From Candidatus Kerfeldbacteria bacterium (GTDB taxonomy: Bacteria > Patescibacteriota > Patescibacteriia > SBBC01): a DNA stretch of 64,000 nt. Below the pieces are notes generated by a model. That model saw nothing but the letters and a program-made list of their open reading frames with translations, was not told the origin of the DNA and ran no database searches. The stretch covers positions 23,960-87,959 of the forward strand of contig JACQPY010000018.1 in assembly GCA_016207275.1 (NCBI GenBank). Direction: 5' to 3'. Below, piece by piece: positions 1-12,991 of the stretch (position 1 is the stretch's first letter; the number at the start of each line of letters is the position of its first letter). A program made the position numbers and the translations under genes.

Positions 1-416
1 CACAAGCCGTAGGCTATCCCTAAAAAAACTTCCCGGTTCGTCCGGCTTCGACTGACTAAGGCCATGGCTTCACGTAGCCGGCGGTACGATACCGGATCAT
101 CGAGCTGTCCGACGACGAGCGTCTCGGCCGCCGACGCCAGCAAACCAGCCGCAGCAATCTTGGCCAAGTTCTCGTGGATCGACCGGTACGATTCACGAAC
201 GACGCTACCGATAATCACTGAACGTCGGCTAGGTGCGACGGTCAGTTCAACCAGAGTAAGCGGTTCTAAGCTGCCAGCCAGCTTGCTAGCCAGCTTCTGA
301 GTGCCGCGGGCGCGAAATTCTTGCTTACCGGCGGCCGAAAACAAGGTTACTAGCCGATCGACGCTGCCAATGTTGCGGCGCTTGAGAACGATGCCGGTCA
401 GGCGGTGCAACGACAT
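1..416 (-). CDS. recO: DNA repair protein RecO (runs off the window start)
   Basis: Manual translation from ATG at 416: MSLHRLTGIVLKRRNIGSVDRLVTLFSAAGKQEFRARGTQKLASKLAGSLEPL..., a RecO N-terminal OB-fold pattern. Confidence 0.85.
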   Translation of the reverse strand, partial: MSLHRLTGIVLKRRNIGSVDRLVTLFSAAGKQEFRARGTQKLASKLAGSLEPLTLVELTVAPSRRSVIIGSVVRESYRSIHENLAKIAAAGLLASAAETLVVGQLDDPVSYRRLREAMALVSRSRTNREVFLGIAYGL

Positions 417-421
417 GAGCC

Positions 422-1354
422 TCAGTCACAGGTTCCGCTGCCCTGGTCGCGAAATGAAACCCCCGCCACCGGCACGAACTCCCATTCGTAACTAGCTTGG
501 CGCAAGGACAACTTCAGGACCCCGTACGAGGTGTTGTCTCGCGCCTCGCTCCCGGCCAGTACCCGACCAAAGTTGTAGTGACTCCGGCCGCCGGTGCCGA
601 CCGTAAAGGCTCGAATACCCCCTGAATCAGGCTGACCATCAGGGCCCAGCACGGCAAACCGTTCATAGACATGGTCATGACCGGCCAGGGCCACGTCAAC
701 TCCGCCGGCGACCAGCTCGCGCCAGACCGTATCGAGCGCCGGCGTGCTGCCGTGCTGCTGACCAGAGCTGAACCGCGGATGGTGCATGTACGCCAGCGCG
801 CACGGGGTCGGATGCGTCCGCAGGTCTTCCTTAAGCCACTGGACTTGGGCTGAAGCTGGACCGCAGCCGCCAACCTCGTCGCAGTTCGAGTTTAAAACCA
901 CGAGGTGCCACTGACCGAGGTCGTAGCTGTAGTAGCCTTTGTTCGGCAGGCCGGCCGCCGCCCCGAAGTAACCGAAGTAGCCAGTCGCACCCTGCACATG
1001 GTACTCGTGGTTTCCGACGGCCGGCTTGGTTCGCGCTTTATGTCGTCCCCAGGTCGGCTGGTAGCAACGGGTAAACTCATCGGCCGTGCCATTGGCGTAG
1101 ACATTATCGCCCAGCGTAAACACCGTGCCCTCAATGCCGTCCAATAATGTAGCCGTCGCTTCGTCGTGGTCGTTGACGCAACTGGCAATGTCGCCGGCGC
1201 CGACCAACACCGCGTCAACGACGCCTGTAGACTGAAGATCAGACTGATTTGTGGTGCTGACGAGGACTAATCGGCCGTTAATCCACCAATAGGCAAAACC
1301 GATTACAAGAACCATCCCGATCGAGAAGTAGAGCCAGCGGGTTGGATGGTTCAT
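422..1354 (-). CDS. Membrane-anchored calcineurin-like metallophosphoesterase
   Basis: GDIA, LGDNVY, GNHEY and AGHDH motifs; N-terminal TM helix. Confidence 0.85.
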   Translation of the reverse strand: MNHPTRWLYFSIGMVLVIGFAYWWINGRLVLVSTTNQSDLQSTGVVDAVLVGAGDIASCVNDHDEATATLLDGIEGTVFTLGDNVYANGTADEFTRCYQPTWGRHKARTKPAVGNHEYHVQGATGYFGYFGAAAGLPNKGYYSYDLGQWHLVVLNSNCDEVGGCGPASAQVQWLKEDLRTHPTPCALAYMHHPRFSSGQQHGSTPALDTVWRELVAGGVDVALAGHDHVYERFAVLGPDGQPDSGGIRAFTVGTGGRSHYNFGRVLAGSEARDNTSYGVLKLSLRQASYEWEFVPVAGVSFRDQGSGTCD

Positions 1355-1789
1355 GATTTCCTATGCTCCAAAAACGCCGCAAAGACCGGAACCAGATTCT
1401 CAATCAATGGATAGGAGTGAAAATCCTTGGGCTCGATCCATTGAAATGTATCGTGATCGACGCTCAGCATAACATTGTTAGTCTTGGCCTGACAGACAAA
1501 ATACACGCCAATAATCTGCCACTGTTCGCCATGCACGACTGGTCGCCACCAGGGCGACGTGAAAGGGCTGACCACGTTCGACCGTTAATCCTGTTTCTTC
1601 TCGAATCTCACGCCTCAAGGTTTCGTCAAACCGTTCACCCGGCGCGAGTCGCCCGCCGACCACGTCAAATTTCCCGGCGTTGGTACCGACCGGGTTCGTC
1701 GGCGCTTCTCGGACAATCAAAACTTTCCCTTCAAAGACAATAAAGGCCTTAATGGCGATGCATAACGTAATACCCGATTTCTTCGTCAT
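1351..1789 (-). pseudogene. NUDIX hydrolase split by a 1-nt frameshift near 1551-1554
   Basis: The Nudix box GGRLAPGERFDETLRREIREETGL is in one frame; the C-terminal WRPVVHGEQWQIIGVYF...DHDTFQWI is in the adjacent frame. Confidence 0.7.
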
Positions 1790-1817
1790 TCCGGTCAAAT
1801 GTCAAACGTCAAATGTC

Positions 1818-2207
1818 TTATCTGTCCTTCACCCGCCACACAAACTTCAATCCCGACCACGTCTCGTCGATCGCCGCCACTTTTACGTCCACCAAACCAT
1901 GCGCCAGACCAACTTTCATGACCACGTTCTCACGCAAATCCGTTTTCACACCTGACGATTGCTTTGGCCACGACACCCACAGCATGCCTTCTTTCTTCAA
2001 CGATCGCTTGAGCCTCGGAAACGCCGCGCGCAGCTCATGCTCATCCTTGGAAAAATACTGGATGAAGTCACATGAACTGGCTAATTTGTGTGGAAATTTC
2101 ATGCCGAGCAGACGGCGGTATCCTGGTGGCGGCTGTACCACACACGCACGAAAACCAGGCGTGAGGCCCAGCTTATCAGCCAGTTTTTTCTTGGAGTAGC
2201 CCGCCAC
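1818..2207 (-). CDS. DUF3052-like protein
   Basis: GYSKKKLADKLG...LWVSWPK...GLVDVKVAAIDETWSGLKFV; GTG start immediately after the ileS stop. Confidence 0.75.
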   Translation of the reverse strand: MAGYSKKKLADKLGLTPGFRACVVQPPPGYRRLLGMKFPHKLASSCDFIQYFSKDEHELRAAFPRLKRSLKKEGMLWVSWPKQSSGVKTDLRENVVMKVGLAHGLVDVKVAAIDETWSGLKFVWRVKDR

Positions 2208-2208
2208 G

Positions 2209-5763
<3,555 letters not shown>

Positions 5764-5843
5764 GAAGCTCAAGACTGCGATATATCAGATCGCATTGGTA
5801 CTGTACCTGAAGAACTTGAGGTAGTCAAACCTTCCCTTGTCAA

Positions 5844-5966
5844 TCACCTTCCCTTGTCCCCTCCTGACTTCAGGAGGGGCACGCTTTATCGAACCCCCTC
5901 TTCAATTGAGGAGGGGTGTCCCGAGCACCCCCGACTCGATCGGGGGCGAGGGACGAGGAGGTGATG
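5844..5966. repeat. REPIN-like double-hairpin repeat (CCCCTCCT..AGGAGGGG family) overlapping the DUF559 3' end
   Basis: atcacct...cccctcctgacttcaggagggg...cccctcttcaattgaggagggg...aggtgat. Confidence 0.75.
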
Positions 5967-6313
5967 AACTCCCGCAGCCGTTCCAACGTACCGTCAAGGT
6001 TATGGAGCACGTCATCGTTCGTGAACCTGACAACTCGAAAAAACATCGATTGTAACCACGCTGTTCGTCTGCGATCGTAGGCTTGCTGGTGTACGGCCCC
6101 GTGGGAATCACCATCAACTTCGACTACCAACCGAAGTTCACGACAATAAAAATCGGCAATGTAGTTGCCAATGCTGTGCTGGCGACGAAATTTCAACCCC
6201 ATAAACTGCTTCGTCTTCAAAGCATTCCACAAAACGACTTCTGCTTTGGAGCTATCCCGCCGAAGCGACCGACGCCGGTCAACGTATTTTGTCAGATTGT
6301 AAATTCGTGGCAT
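5870..6313 (-). CDS. DUF559 / Vsr-like endonuclease domain protein
   Basis: RRSLRR..AEVVLWNALK..KFRRQHSIGNYIADFYC.ELRLVVEVDGDSH..YDRRRTAWL. Confidence 0.9.
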   Translation of the reverse strand: MPRIYNLTKYVDRRRSLRRDSSKAEVVLWNALKTKQFMGLKFRRQHSIGNYIADFYCRELRLVVEVDGDSHGAVHQQAYDRRRTAWLQSMFFRVVRFTNDDVLHNLDGTLERLREFITSSSLAPDRVGGARDTPPQLKRGFDKACPS

Positions 6314-6427
6314 CGAAAAATATCCGCGCCACCAACATTGGCAATATACCAGATCGCAGGGGCAGTCTACTCGGGAAACGAGGGTGCGTCAAGCCGCAAC
6401 GCACACACGATCAGCGTCCTTTGGACC

Positions 6428-6997
6428 CTACAACAACCCCTTCTTCTCTAACAACAAATGCGGATACCCGCGAAAATCCTGCGGGCCAGTCTTTGCGCCA
6501 ATTTCTTTCAGCACATCGGACAAACATTTCTTGGCCTCTTCCACCGAGGCAAACTCGCCTTTTGCTTCGAGCTCTATATGTGAGCCCAAATCCGTGACTT
6601 CATCAATCGCAATCTCCACGTCATTGTACATCCAGGTGCTCCGACGTTTTTCTACGATCACAACCTCTTTAATATCCAAGCGTCGTAAAATGTTCTTCAT
6701 CGCTTCAACATCCGCGATGGCTGTTTCATGCTCATCGCAAGAGACGGCCTGCTCGTCATTCTGGTTATGCCAGAACTTGTAGTTCACCGTAGCCCCTTTT
6801 GACGTTTCACGAATCCGCAGCCATTCGGAAATCGGCTTCTGCTTCAAGAAATTCCGATGCGCTGGAATGTAGTAGGTGTCTTTTTGGTACTCCTGCTGCT
6901 TTTCCGGTTGTGCCAGTCCTGCCAACCGCCTCTTCAACGCTTCTTGGTTGAGCAGCGGAAACGTCAGCTCAACCTCGACGTTTGTGAGTACACCCAT
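6428..6997 (-). CDS. CYTH domain protein (class IV adenylate cyclase-like)
   Basis: EVE, QKDTYY, LRIR, KRR, IDEV..LGSHIELE. Confidence 0.85.
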   Translation of the reverse strand: MGVLTNVEVELTFPLLNQEALKRRLAGLAQPEKQQEYQKDTYYIPAHRNFLKQKPISEWLRIRETSKGATVNYKFWHNQNDEQAVSCDEHETAIADVEAMKNILRRLDIKEVVIVEKRRSTWMYNDVEIAIDEVTDLGSHIELEAKGEFASVEEAKKCLSDVLKEIGAKTGPQDFRGYPHLLLEKKGLL

Positions 6998-7030
6998 GCG
7001 CGATCTTCAATCCCACTTACAACCGACAAC

Positions 7031-8176
7031 TTAAATCTTTCTCTTCTCTCCCACTTCCCGATATACCTGTAACGTCTCTTTTGCCGTCGCTTCCCAGGTG
7101 AACATCGCGGCGCGACGCTGGCCTTCGGTACTTAACCGTTTCCGTAAATTTGCGCTGCCGACAACCTTGGCAATCGCCTGACCAATGTCCTTAAATCGTC
7201 CGGGGTTGACGAACACGGCCGCCGTGCCCGCGACCTCGGGCAAGCTCGAGACGCGGCTGGCAATGACCGGCGCGCCGAGGCTCATCGCCTCGAGCACGGG
7301 TAAGCCAAACCCCTCGTAGAGGCTGGGGAAGACGAAGACGGCGGCGTGCTCAATCAGCTGCAGCTTATCTTGATGCGGCACGTAGCCGAGGTAGCGGATC
7401 CGTCCGCCGAGCTTGGCCTGGGCAATCGCCCGCAGCACGTCGCCGTACTTCCAGCCCGGCGCCCCGGCCAGAATGAGATCAACCTTCTTCAGGCTCGGCA
7501 GGTTAGCGACCGAGGAAAATCCTTTAATCAGTCCGGCCAGGTTCTTACGTGGTTCAATCGTACCGATAAACAGGACGTAGCGGTCAAGGCGGTATTTCTG
7601 CCGAACGTCGACGACGGTCTTCGGCACGCGTTCGCGGACAAAACCCTCGTAGATGACGCGAACTTTCTTGTCGCTGACTTTAAAGAGATTTTTAAGATCG
7701 CGCTTGGTCGCCTCGGACACGGCAATCACCTTCTTCGCTCGCCGAATGCTCCGCGGCACCACTAACTTGGTTGACAAAAACTGGCCGGCCGGAAACAACC
7801 TCGGGTACTTATAGATGGTTAAATCATGAACCGTCACCACCGCCGTCGATGGGTAGGTCAGCGGCAGTGTCGTCGCCGGAGCGTGCAAGACGTCGAGACG
7901 TTCCTTCAAAAAAACCGCGGTCGTCAGCAGGTGCGAGTAGGTGATCGGCAGGAAGCGACGGTACTGGGAGAACGGCAGATAGCGAACCGTTACGTTCGCC
8001 TGCTCGAACTCCTGCGTTTTATCGCGATCCATGCGCGAATCGAAGAACAACACGTAATCGTTCTTCCGGTCGAGCTTCAATAGATTCTTAACCAGGTAGA
8101 ACGTGTAGTGCCCAATGCCGGCCTGCTCGCCGCGGCCGGGATTGAGGATGGTTCGACAATCGATTCCTATTCGCAT
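7031..8176 (-). CDS. Glycosyltransferase family 4
   Basis: [26 protein letters not shown]. Confidence 0.92.
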   Translation of the reverse strand: MRIGIDCRTILNPGRGEQAGIGHYTFYLVKNLLKLDRKNDYVLFFDSRMDRDKTQEFEQANVTVRYLPFSQYRRFLPITYSHLLTTAVFLKERLDVLHAPATTLPLTYPSTAVVTVHDLTIYKYPRLFPAGQFLSTKLVVPRSIRRAKKVIAVSEATKRDLKNLFKVSDKKVRVIYEGFVRERVPKTVVDVRQKYRLDRYVLFIGTIEPRKNLAGLIKGFSSVANLPSLKKVDLILAGAPGWKYGDVLRAIAQAKLGGRIRYLGYVPHQDKLQLIEHAAVFVFPSLYEGFGLPVLEAMSLGAPVIASRVSSLPEVAGTAAVFVNPGRFKDIGQAIAKVVGSANLRKRLSTEGQRRAAMFTWEATAKETLQVYREVGEKRKI

Positions 8177-8217
8177 AGATTCAACCTCGAGTTCATACGA
8201 GAGATCCCGCGGTTATG

Positions 8218-8310
8218 AGATCCCTCACCGAGTTCGGGATGACCCCGCACCTCTTCCGCTGACGGACATATCAGTCAGGAAAACAACGGATTTGGGGAAA
8301 AGGTGCGGGG
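8218..8310. repeat. Adjacent REP-like hairpins (GAGATCCC..GGGATGAC and CCCCGCACC..GGTGCGGGG) abutting the argS stop
   Basis: gagatccctcaccgagttcgggatgac; ccccgcacctcttcc...ggaaaaggtgcgggg. Confidence 0.65.
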
Positions 8311-9942
8311 TCACATCTTCTCCGGCGCGCTGACACCCATCAGCCTGAGCGTCTTGGCCAGTACCAACTTCGTGGCCTGGACCAGCTCCAACGCTCGCGG
8401 GTTGACCGTGCCGTGGTCAATCACCCGAACCTGACCGTAGAAAACATGGAATGTCTCAGCCAGGCGCATGGTGTAGAACGGTAGTTTGTGGACGTCGTAC
8501 GACATCGCCACCTCTTCGACGAGCTCCGGCAGACGGAGTAATTGTTTAATCAGTCCGAGCGCCGCCGGTTCGCTAATTGCCGCGCCTTTTTTCGTCGGCA
8601 ATCCCTTCGTCTTCTTCACTATACTGCAAATCCGCGCGTGCGCATACTGGACGTAGTAAACCGGATTCTTTTCGCTTTTTTCTTTGGCCAAATCAAGATC
8701 GAAATCCATGTGCGTGTTGGCCGCGTGCATCAAGAAGAAAAACCGCGCCGCATCGAGGCCGACCTCGTCAATCAGCTCTTCAATGGCCACATAATTCCCG
8801 GCCCGTTTCGACATCTTTACTTCCTGACCGGCTTTTATCAACCGTACGAATTGCACAATGACGATTTCGAGTTTTTTTTCAAAGCCGAGCGCACTCATCG
8901 CCGCCTGCATACGGCCTTGATAGCCGTGATGATCCGCGCCCAGGAACAGAACTTCGCAATCGAATTTTCGCTGCCGGAATCTATTCCAGCGAAGCGCAAT
9001 ATCCGCCAGAAAGTAGGTTTTCTCTCCGTCCGACTTTATCAGCACCCGATCCTTGTCATCGCCGAACTGCGTCGTCCTGAACCACGTCGCTCCATCCTGT
9101 TTATAAATCAATCCCTTCTCAGCCAACAAGGCCAACGCTTTTTCATCCAGTCGCTGTTCATAAAGCTCGGACTCGCGAAACCAGCGATAATACCCAATGC
9201 CGAGCTTCTTGGCGGCCACCCGTTGCAACTCCGTCAGCATCATCTTTACCACCCGCCCCTTGACCCGCTGCTTCAACTCGTTCGCGCTTTTCAATTTGTA
9301 GCGTTCCAGATGAAGTTTTTTGGCAATTTCCAAAACGTACTCGCCCTGGTACAGGTCGGTCGGGTAATCCACCTTAATTCCTTTGAGTTGAAATGACCGA
9401 CGGATGACCGACTCGGTCAATTTTTCGACCTGTCCACCGATGTCGTTGACGTAGTACTCGCGGAATGGCTTGTAGCCAGCCGCCACCAGCACGTTGGCCA
9501 GAGTATCGCCGGCAAATCCGCCCCGGCCGTTGGCCAAAGTCATCGGGCCGGTGGGGTTTGCGGAGATGAATTCAAGGATCACGCGTTTGCCCTCTCCGAT
9601 CGTGCTTGCTCCGTACTCCTTTCCGGCGTCGAGGATCGCTCTCACCTGTTGCGTGAACCACGACGCTGCCACGCGAAAATTCAAGAATCCGGGCGGCACC
9701 ACCTCTATGGTAGTGATTCCAGGGACCGTGCCCAGCGCCACCTTCAACTTATCGGCAATCCGCATTGGCCCATCTTTGACCACCGGTGCCAATTGCATCG
9801 CCAGGTTGGTGCTGTAGTCACCAAATTTTGGATCGCTGGGCGTCTCCACTCGAACAACCGGCGGCTGCTGCTTGCACTCTTCAAAGAGGTCAGCGGCCGT
9901 CTGCGTCAGCTTGGCGCGGAGGATTTGCGTCATGGTCATCAT
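8311..9942 (-). CDS. argS: Arginine-tRNA ligase
   Basis: FGDYSTN, EFISANPTGP, GADHHGY, KMSKR, YVQYAHARI, C-terminal APEKM. Confidence 0.97.
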   Translation of the reverse strand: MMTMTQILRAKLTQTAADLFEECKQQPPVVRVETPSDPKFGDYSTNLAMQLAPVVKDGPMRIADKLKVALGTVPGITTIEVVPPGFLNFRVAASWFTQQVRAILDAGKEYGASTIGEGKRVILEFISANPTGPMTLANGRGGFAGDTLANVLVAAGYKPFREYYVNDIGGQVEKLTESVIRRSFQLKGIKVDYPTDLYQGEYVLEIAKKLHLERYKLKSANELKQRVKGRVVKMMLTELQRVAAKKLGIGYYRWFRESELYEQRLDEKALALLAEKGLIYKQDGATWFRTTQFGDDKDRVLIKSDGEKTYFLADIALRWNRFRQRKFDCEVLFLGADHHGYQGRMQAAMSALGFEKKLEIVIVQFVRLIKAGQEVKMSKRAGNYVAIEELIDEVGLDAARFFFLMHAANTHMDFDLDLAKEKSEKNPVYYVQYAHARICSIVKKTKGLPTKKGAAISEPAALGLIKQLLRLPELVEEVAMSYDVHKLPFYTMRLAETFHVFYGQVRVIDHGTVNPRALELVQATKLVLAKTLRLMGVSAPEKM

Positions 9943-10073
9943 AGCAACGTCAGTATACCGAATCGAACAGACAAACTAAAGCCGCGCGGCGGCAAATTTT
10001 CGAAGAAAAAGGTGGGGGTCAAGAGATGAAGTCCGGGAAATTCTCTCGGCCCCCTACCTTCTGACGAGCTCAG

Positions 10074-10454
10074 TTACTCGGTGCTGCACCATCCCCCGCC
10101 GGTTGGCTGCGCCTTCTGGGATCCACTTCGCGGCACGTGGTTACCCATCTTCTGGTCCCAATTCTGGAGAACATTGATGACCCGTGACATGGTCTCCCGA
10201 ACGAGCAGCGGCTGCTGACCCCAGGTCAGCATGATTCTCCGGTAGAGGGCGTGCTTATCAGCGCTGATGCGGCCGCGCTCCATCGCCCTCCTCAGCAACT
10301 GCCGACGCTGCTCACGTTCGCTTGCAGACAGACCGGTCTGATCTTCCGCTTCTTCGGGCGCCGGTTCGACGGTGAGAAGCGCGTACCGCTGCAGCAGTCG
10401 GGTGAAAAGCGACAAGTGATCCTGCGGCTTCGACTCAACGAACCAACCCTCCAT
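10074..10454 (-). CDS. Hypothetical protein
   Basis: ORF with GGAGG SD upstream of ATG at 10454; no recognisable motif. Confidence 0.5.
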   Translation of the reverse strand: MEGWFVESKPQDHLSLFTRLLQRYALLTVEPAPEEAEDQTGLSASEREQRRQLLRRAMERGRISADKHALYRRIMLTWGQQPLLVRETMSRVINVLQNWDQKMGNHVPRSGSQKAQPTGGGWCSTE

Positions 10455-10761
10455 GACGCTTCCTCCGCAGCGCTCCTGCCCGCACGCAATTGTTCGGGCA
10501 TGAGCCTGAGGAAGAGGGTGTACTAACGAACAAAACACCCGCCTCGAGCGGGGGTAGTGAACTGCCGGTGAAACTATTCGCTCTTAATTCGTAGTTATTC
10601 GCAGCGCGCAGCGGTCCCGTTTGAGGGGCTTGAAAAGCCTGTAAACCACCAGCGATACTGCGATTGATTCATGATGAAACCATCATACACCAACCAATAA
10701 TCCTGTCAAATTGAAAGCGGCCAGAGGATCCGAAGATCATGGCCGCTGTCTATTTGAGCGA

Positions 10762-11007
10762 TTAATGCTCGTAGCAATCCCCTGCAGAGATGACCATGGC
10801 CCAAGTCTCTCCACTTTCGAACTGCTGAAGACATTTTTCCTGCATCCAACGAAGTAGACTCGACTTTTCGCGTTCGAACTCTTCGCGGGATCCGAAGAAC
10901 CATGCCTCGTACCAATCAGCAAGAAACGCTTCCTGGATTGCGACGGCATTTTGCTGCCCAATGATAGCTCGGATCGGCTCGATCTGTGCTAACTCAGTAA
11001 TGTGCAT
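10762..11007 (-). CDS. Hypothetical protein
   Basis: GAGGAGGAG SD immediately before ATG at 11007 (MHITELAQ...). Confidence 0.55.
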   Translation of the reverse strand: MHITELAQIEPIRAIIGQQNAVAIQEAFLADWYEAWFFGSREEFEREKSSLLRWMQEKCLQQFESGETWAMVISAGDCYEH

Positions 11008-11122
11008 GACTCCTCCTCGTAATGCATTGAGCGACGCATGAACGATGCGGAAGTAGGACGCATTTAATAACGAACAAACCCCTCCCGCGGGAAGGGTCGT
11101 CATACATGACCAGTTACGACGC

Positions 11123-11437
11123 TTACCGCGAAAGGCGTGGGTACGCAGTATGATGGCGCAGGCGCGCAAGCATGAGCCGGTAGCCGCCCATGCCTTTCTC
11201 AAGCCACCATGAAATCCGGGCAATAGTCCGGGAACTCAAGCCAATGTGGTTTTCAATTGCCGTATACGGTGCGCCAGCATTGAGCATCCGCGCGGCCTGC
11301 CACCGCTTTCCGAACTCGATGAGCTCGTCCTCGGTCAGGAGATCGCGCAAAAACTTCCGGGCTTCCAGCGGTGTTTTCAAACGCAGAATGGCCACGAAAA
11401 GCGCCTTTGTTTGCGGATTGTTCCAGGAATTACGCAT
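11123..11437 (-). CDS. TrpR-like YerC/YecD family regulator
   Basis: FLRDLLTEDEL..RWQAARML..YTAIE..GLSSRTIARIS..L..G.GGY. Confidence 0.9.
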   Translation of the reverse strand: MRNSWNNPQTKALFVAILRLKTPLEARKFLRDLLTEDELIEFGKRWQAARMLNAGAPYTAIENHIGLSSRTIARISWWLEKGMGGYRLMLARLRHHTAYPRLSR

Positions 11438-11442
11438 AGGAA

Positions 11443-11464
11443 ATACTTTACTACAGTAAAGTAT
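11443..11464. promoter_or_regulatory. Palindromic operator ATACTTTACT-AC-AGTAAAGTAT, probable YerC/HisR-type autoregulatory site
   Basis: Perfect 10-bp inverted repeat 5 nt upstream of the yerC start; fits TACTTTA-N6-TAAAGTA. Confidence 0.7.
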
Positions 11465-11578
11465 ACCAATGACGGGATCCCGTCAAGGGATACTTTTCCA
11501 CATGGTCTAAAAACCAAAAAACAAACAAAAACATCCCCCTCCTAGGCTAGGAGGGGCTAGGGGTGGTACGCTCAACCC

Positions 11579-12028
11579 ATGCCACATCTCGCCGACAACC
11601 GCCAAGCCCGTCACGACTACCACATCCTCGAAACCTTCGAGGCCGGCATCATCCTGACCGGCCCGGAAGTGAAATCTGCCAAAGCCGGCCAGGTCAACTT
11701 GCGCGGCAGCTACGTGACCATCAAAGATAACGCGGCTTGGTTGGTCAACTGCCACATTGCTCCGTACAAACCAGCTAACCTCGGCGCTAACTACATTCCC
11801 ACGCGGACACGCAAGCTCTTGCTCCAAGCCCACGAGCTCGCCACCCTGATCGGAAAATCCAAGGCCCAAGGCCAAACCCTCATTCCCCTGTCAGTCTATA
11901 CCAAGCGCGGTTTAGTCAAAGTCCAAATCGCTTTGGCCCGCGGCAAGAAACTCCACGACAAACGCGCCACCATCAAAAAGCGCGAGGCCAAACGCTCGAT
12001 CGAACGGGCCATACGGATGAAATCCTAG
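11579..12028 (+). CDS. smpB: SsrA-binding protein SmpB
   Basis: NRQARHDY, EAGIILTGPEVKS, RKLLL, GKKLHDKR. Confidence 0.97.
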   Translation: MPHLADNRQARHDYHILETFEAGIILTGPEVKSAKAGQVNLRGSYVTIKDNAAWLVNCHIAPYKPANLGANYIPTRTRKLLLQAHELATLIGKSKAQGQTLIPLSVYTKRGLVKVQIALARGKKLHDKRATIKKREAKRSIERAIRMKS

Positions 12029-12109
12029 GCCTTGACATTCATCTGCTACTCGTCCACACTACCCCTCGCTCGGCCTTCCCCCGCTCTGACCACTTGGTGG
12101 TCGGAGCGG

Positions 12110-12523
12110 GGGGATGCTCAAATGTTGATGCAACCTTGACAAGCTACCATTGCACGGCGTAGCGCCGGAACCTACGTAAAAATTCCGGAAATGATAAGTG
12201 CCAAGACACTGATCAGCAAGCTAAAGACGCTGAAGGATAACTTCTCCGTCCCACAGTTTGCCCCGTCGTTCGCCTAACCCCGAATTAATTCGGGGCCGAA
12301 CGGCCATCCGTCTGGCCGATGCCGATAAGCCAGAGCCGGGTGTAATATCTTTCGGCTGGCCAACATTGTGCTCCACGATGTTGGTAAGAACTCGGAGCTA
12401 GTGACGTCGGCGTCTGGTCTGCCTCTAAGCAGGCGTCACGAACAACCCTGAGGTGGACGAACCGTGTGGACTGTGGTAGAGTGTTGGTTGCAGACGCGGG
12501 CGCACGACCCGCCATCTCCACCA
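12110..12523 (+). ncRNA. ssrA: tmRNA; tag reading frame 12200-12277 (A)AKTLISKLKTLKDNFSVPQFAPSFA*
   Basis: Acceptor stem GGGGATG/CATCTCC with G3.U70 and ACCA end; helix 2 TGCAACC/GGTTGCA; PK1 CGTAG/CTACG plus CCGGAA/TTCCGG; directly after smpB. Confidence 0.9.
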
Positions 12524-12699
12524 CGTAAAGTCCCGCCTGCGGCGGGACCACGTGGCGCGGCCAGCGCCTCGTGCTACGCGAAGCGTAGGTACGTGGTGAG
12601 TCGCGTCCGCGAAGCGGTTTACGCGACCACCAGTTAAGAGGTTAACAGCACCTCAAAAAATAAATGAGGATTCATGGTGGCGCGTAACGTATCACCACC

Positions 12700-12981
12700 A
12701 TGCACTACGTCTACCTTCTTGAAGATCAAGTTGATCGCGGCTGGTACATCGGTTACTCAACCAAGCCGGTCCCGCGACTTGATCAACACCGCTCCGGTCT
12801 TGTATATTCAACACGATTGAAGCAGGCGCTGCGCATCATCTACGTCGAGGGTTACCTCAACAAATTCGATGCCCTCGGCCGGGAACGTTTTCTCAAGAGT
12901 GGAGCTGGCCGACGATTCCTTAGAAAGCAACTTAAACACCACCTGGAAGACCAAAACAAAACACCGCTAACTTACCCCTAA
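12700..12981 (+). CDS. Stand-alone GIY-YIG nuclease
   Basis: YVYLL..WYIGYS..RLDQH..G..ST..ALGRERFLKSGAGR; preceded by a hairpin cluster at 12529-12690. Confidence 0.9.
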   Translation: MHYVYLLEDQVDRGWYIGYSTKPVPRLDQHRSGLVYSTRLKQALRIIYVEGYLNKFDALGRERFLKSGAGRRFLRKQLKHHLEDQNKTPLTYP

Positions 12982-12991
12982 CCCTTCCGCC

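Noticed and set aside
12691-12700. ATCACCACCA as a duplicated tmRNA 3' end (att site)
   Set aside because: Only 9/10 nt match and there is no integrase; compatible with chance.
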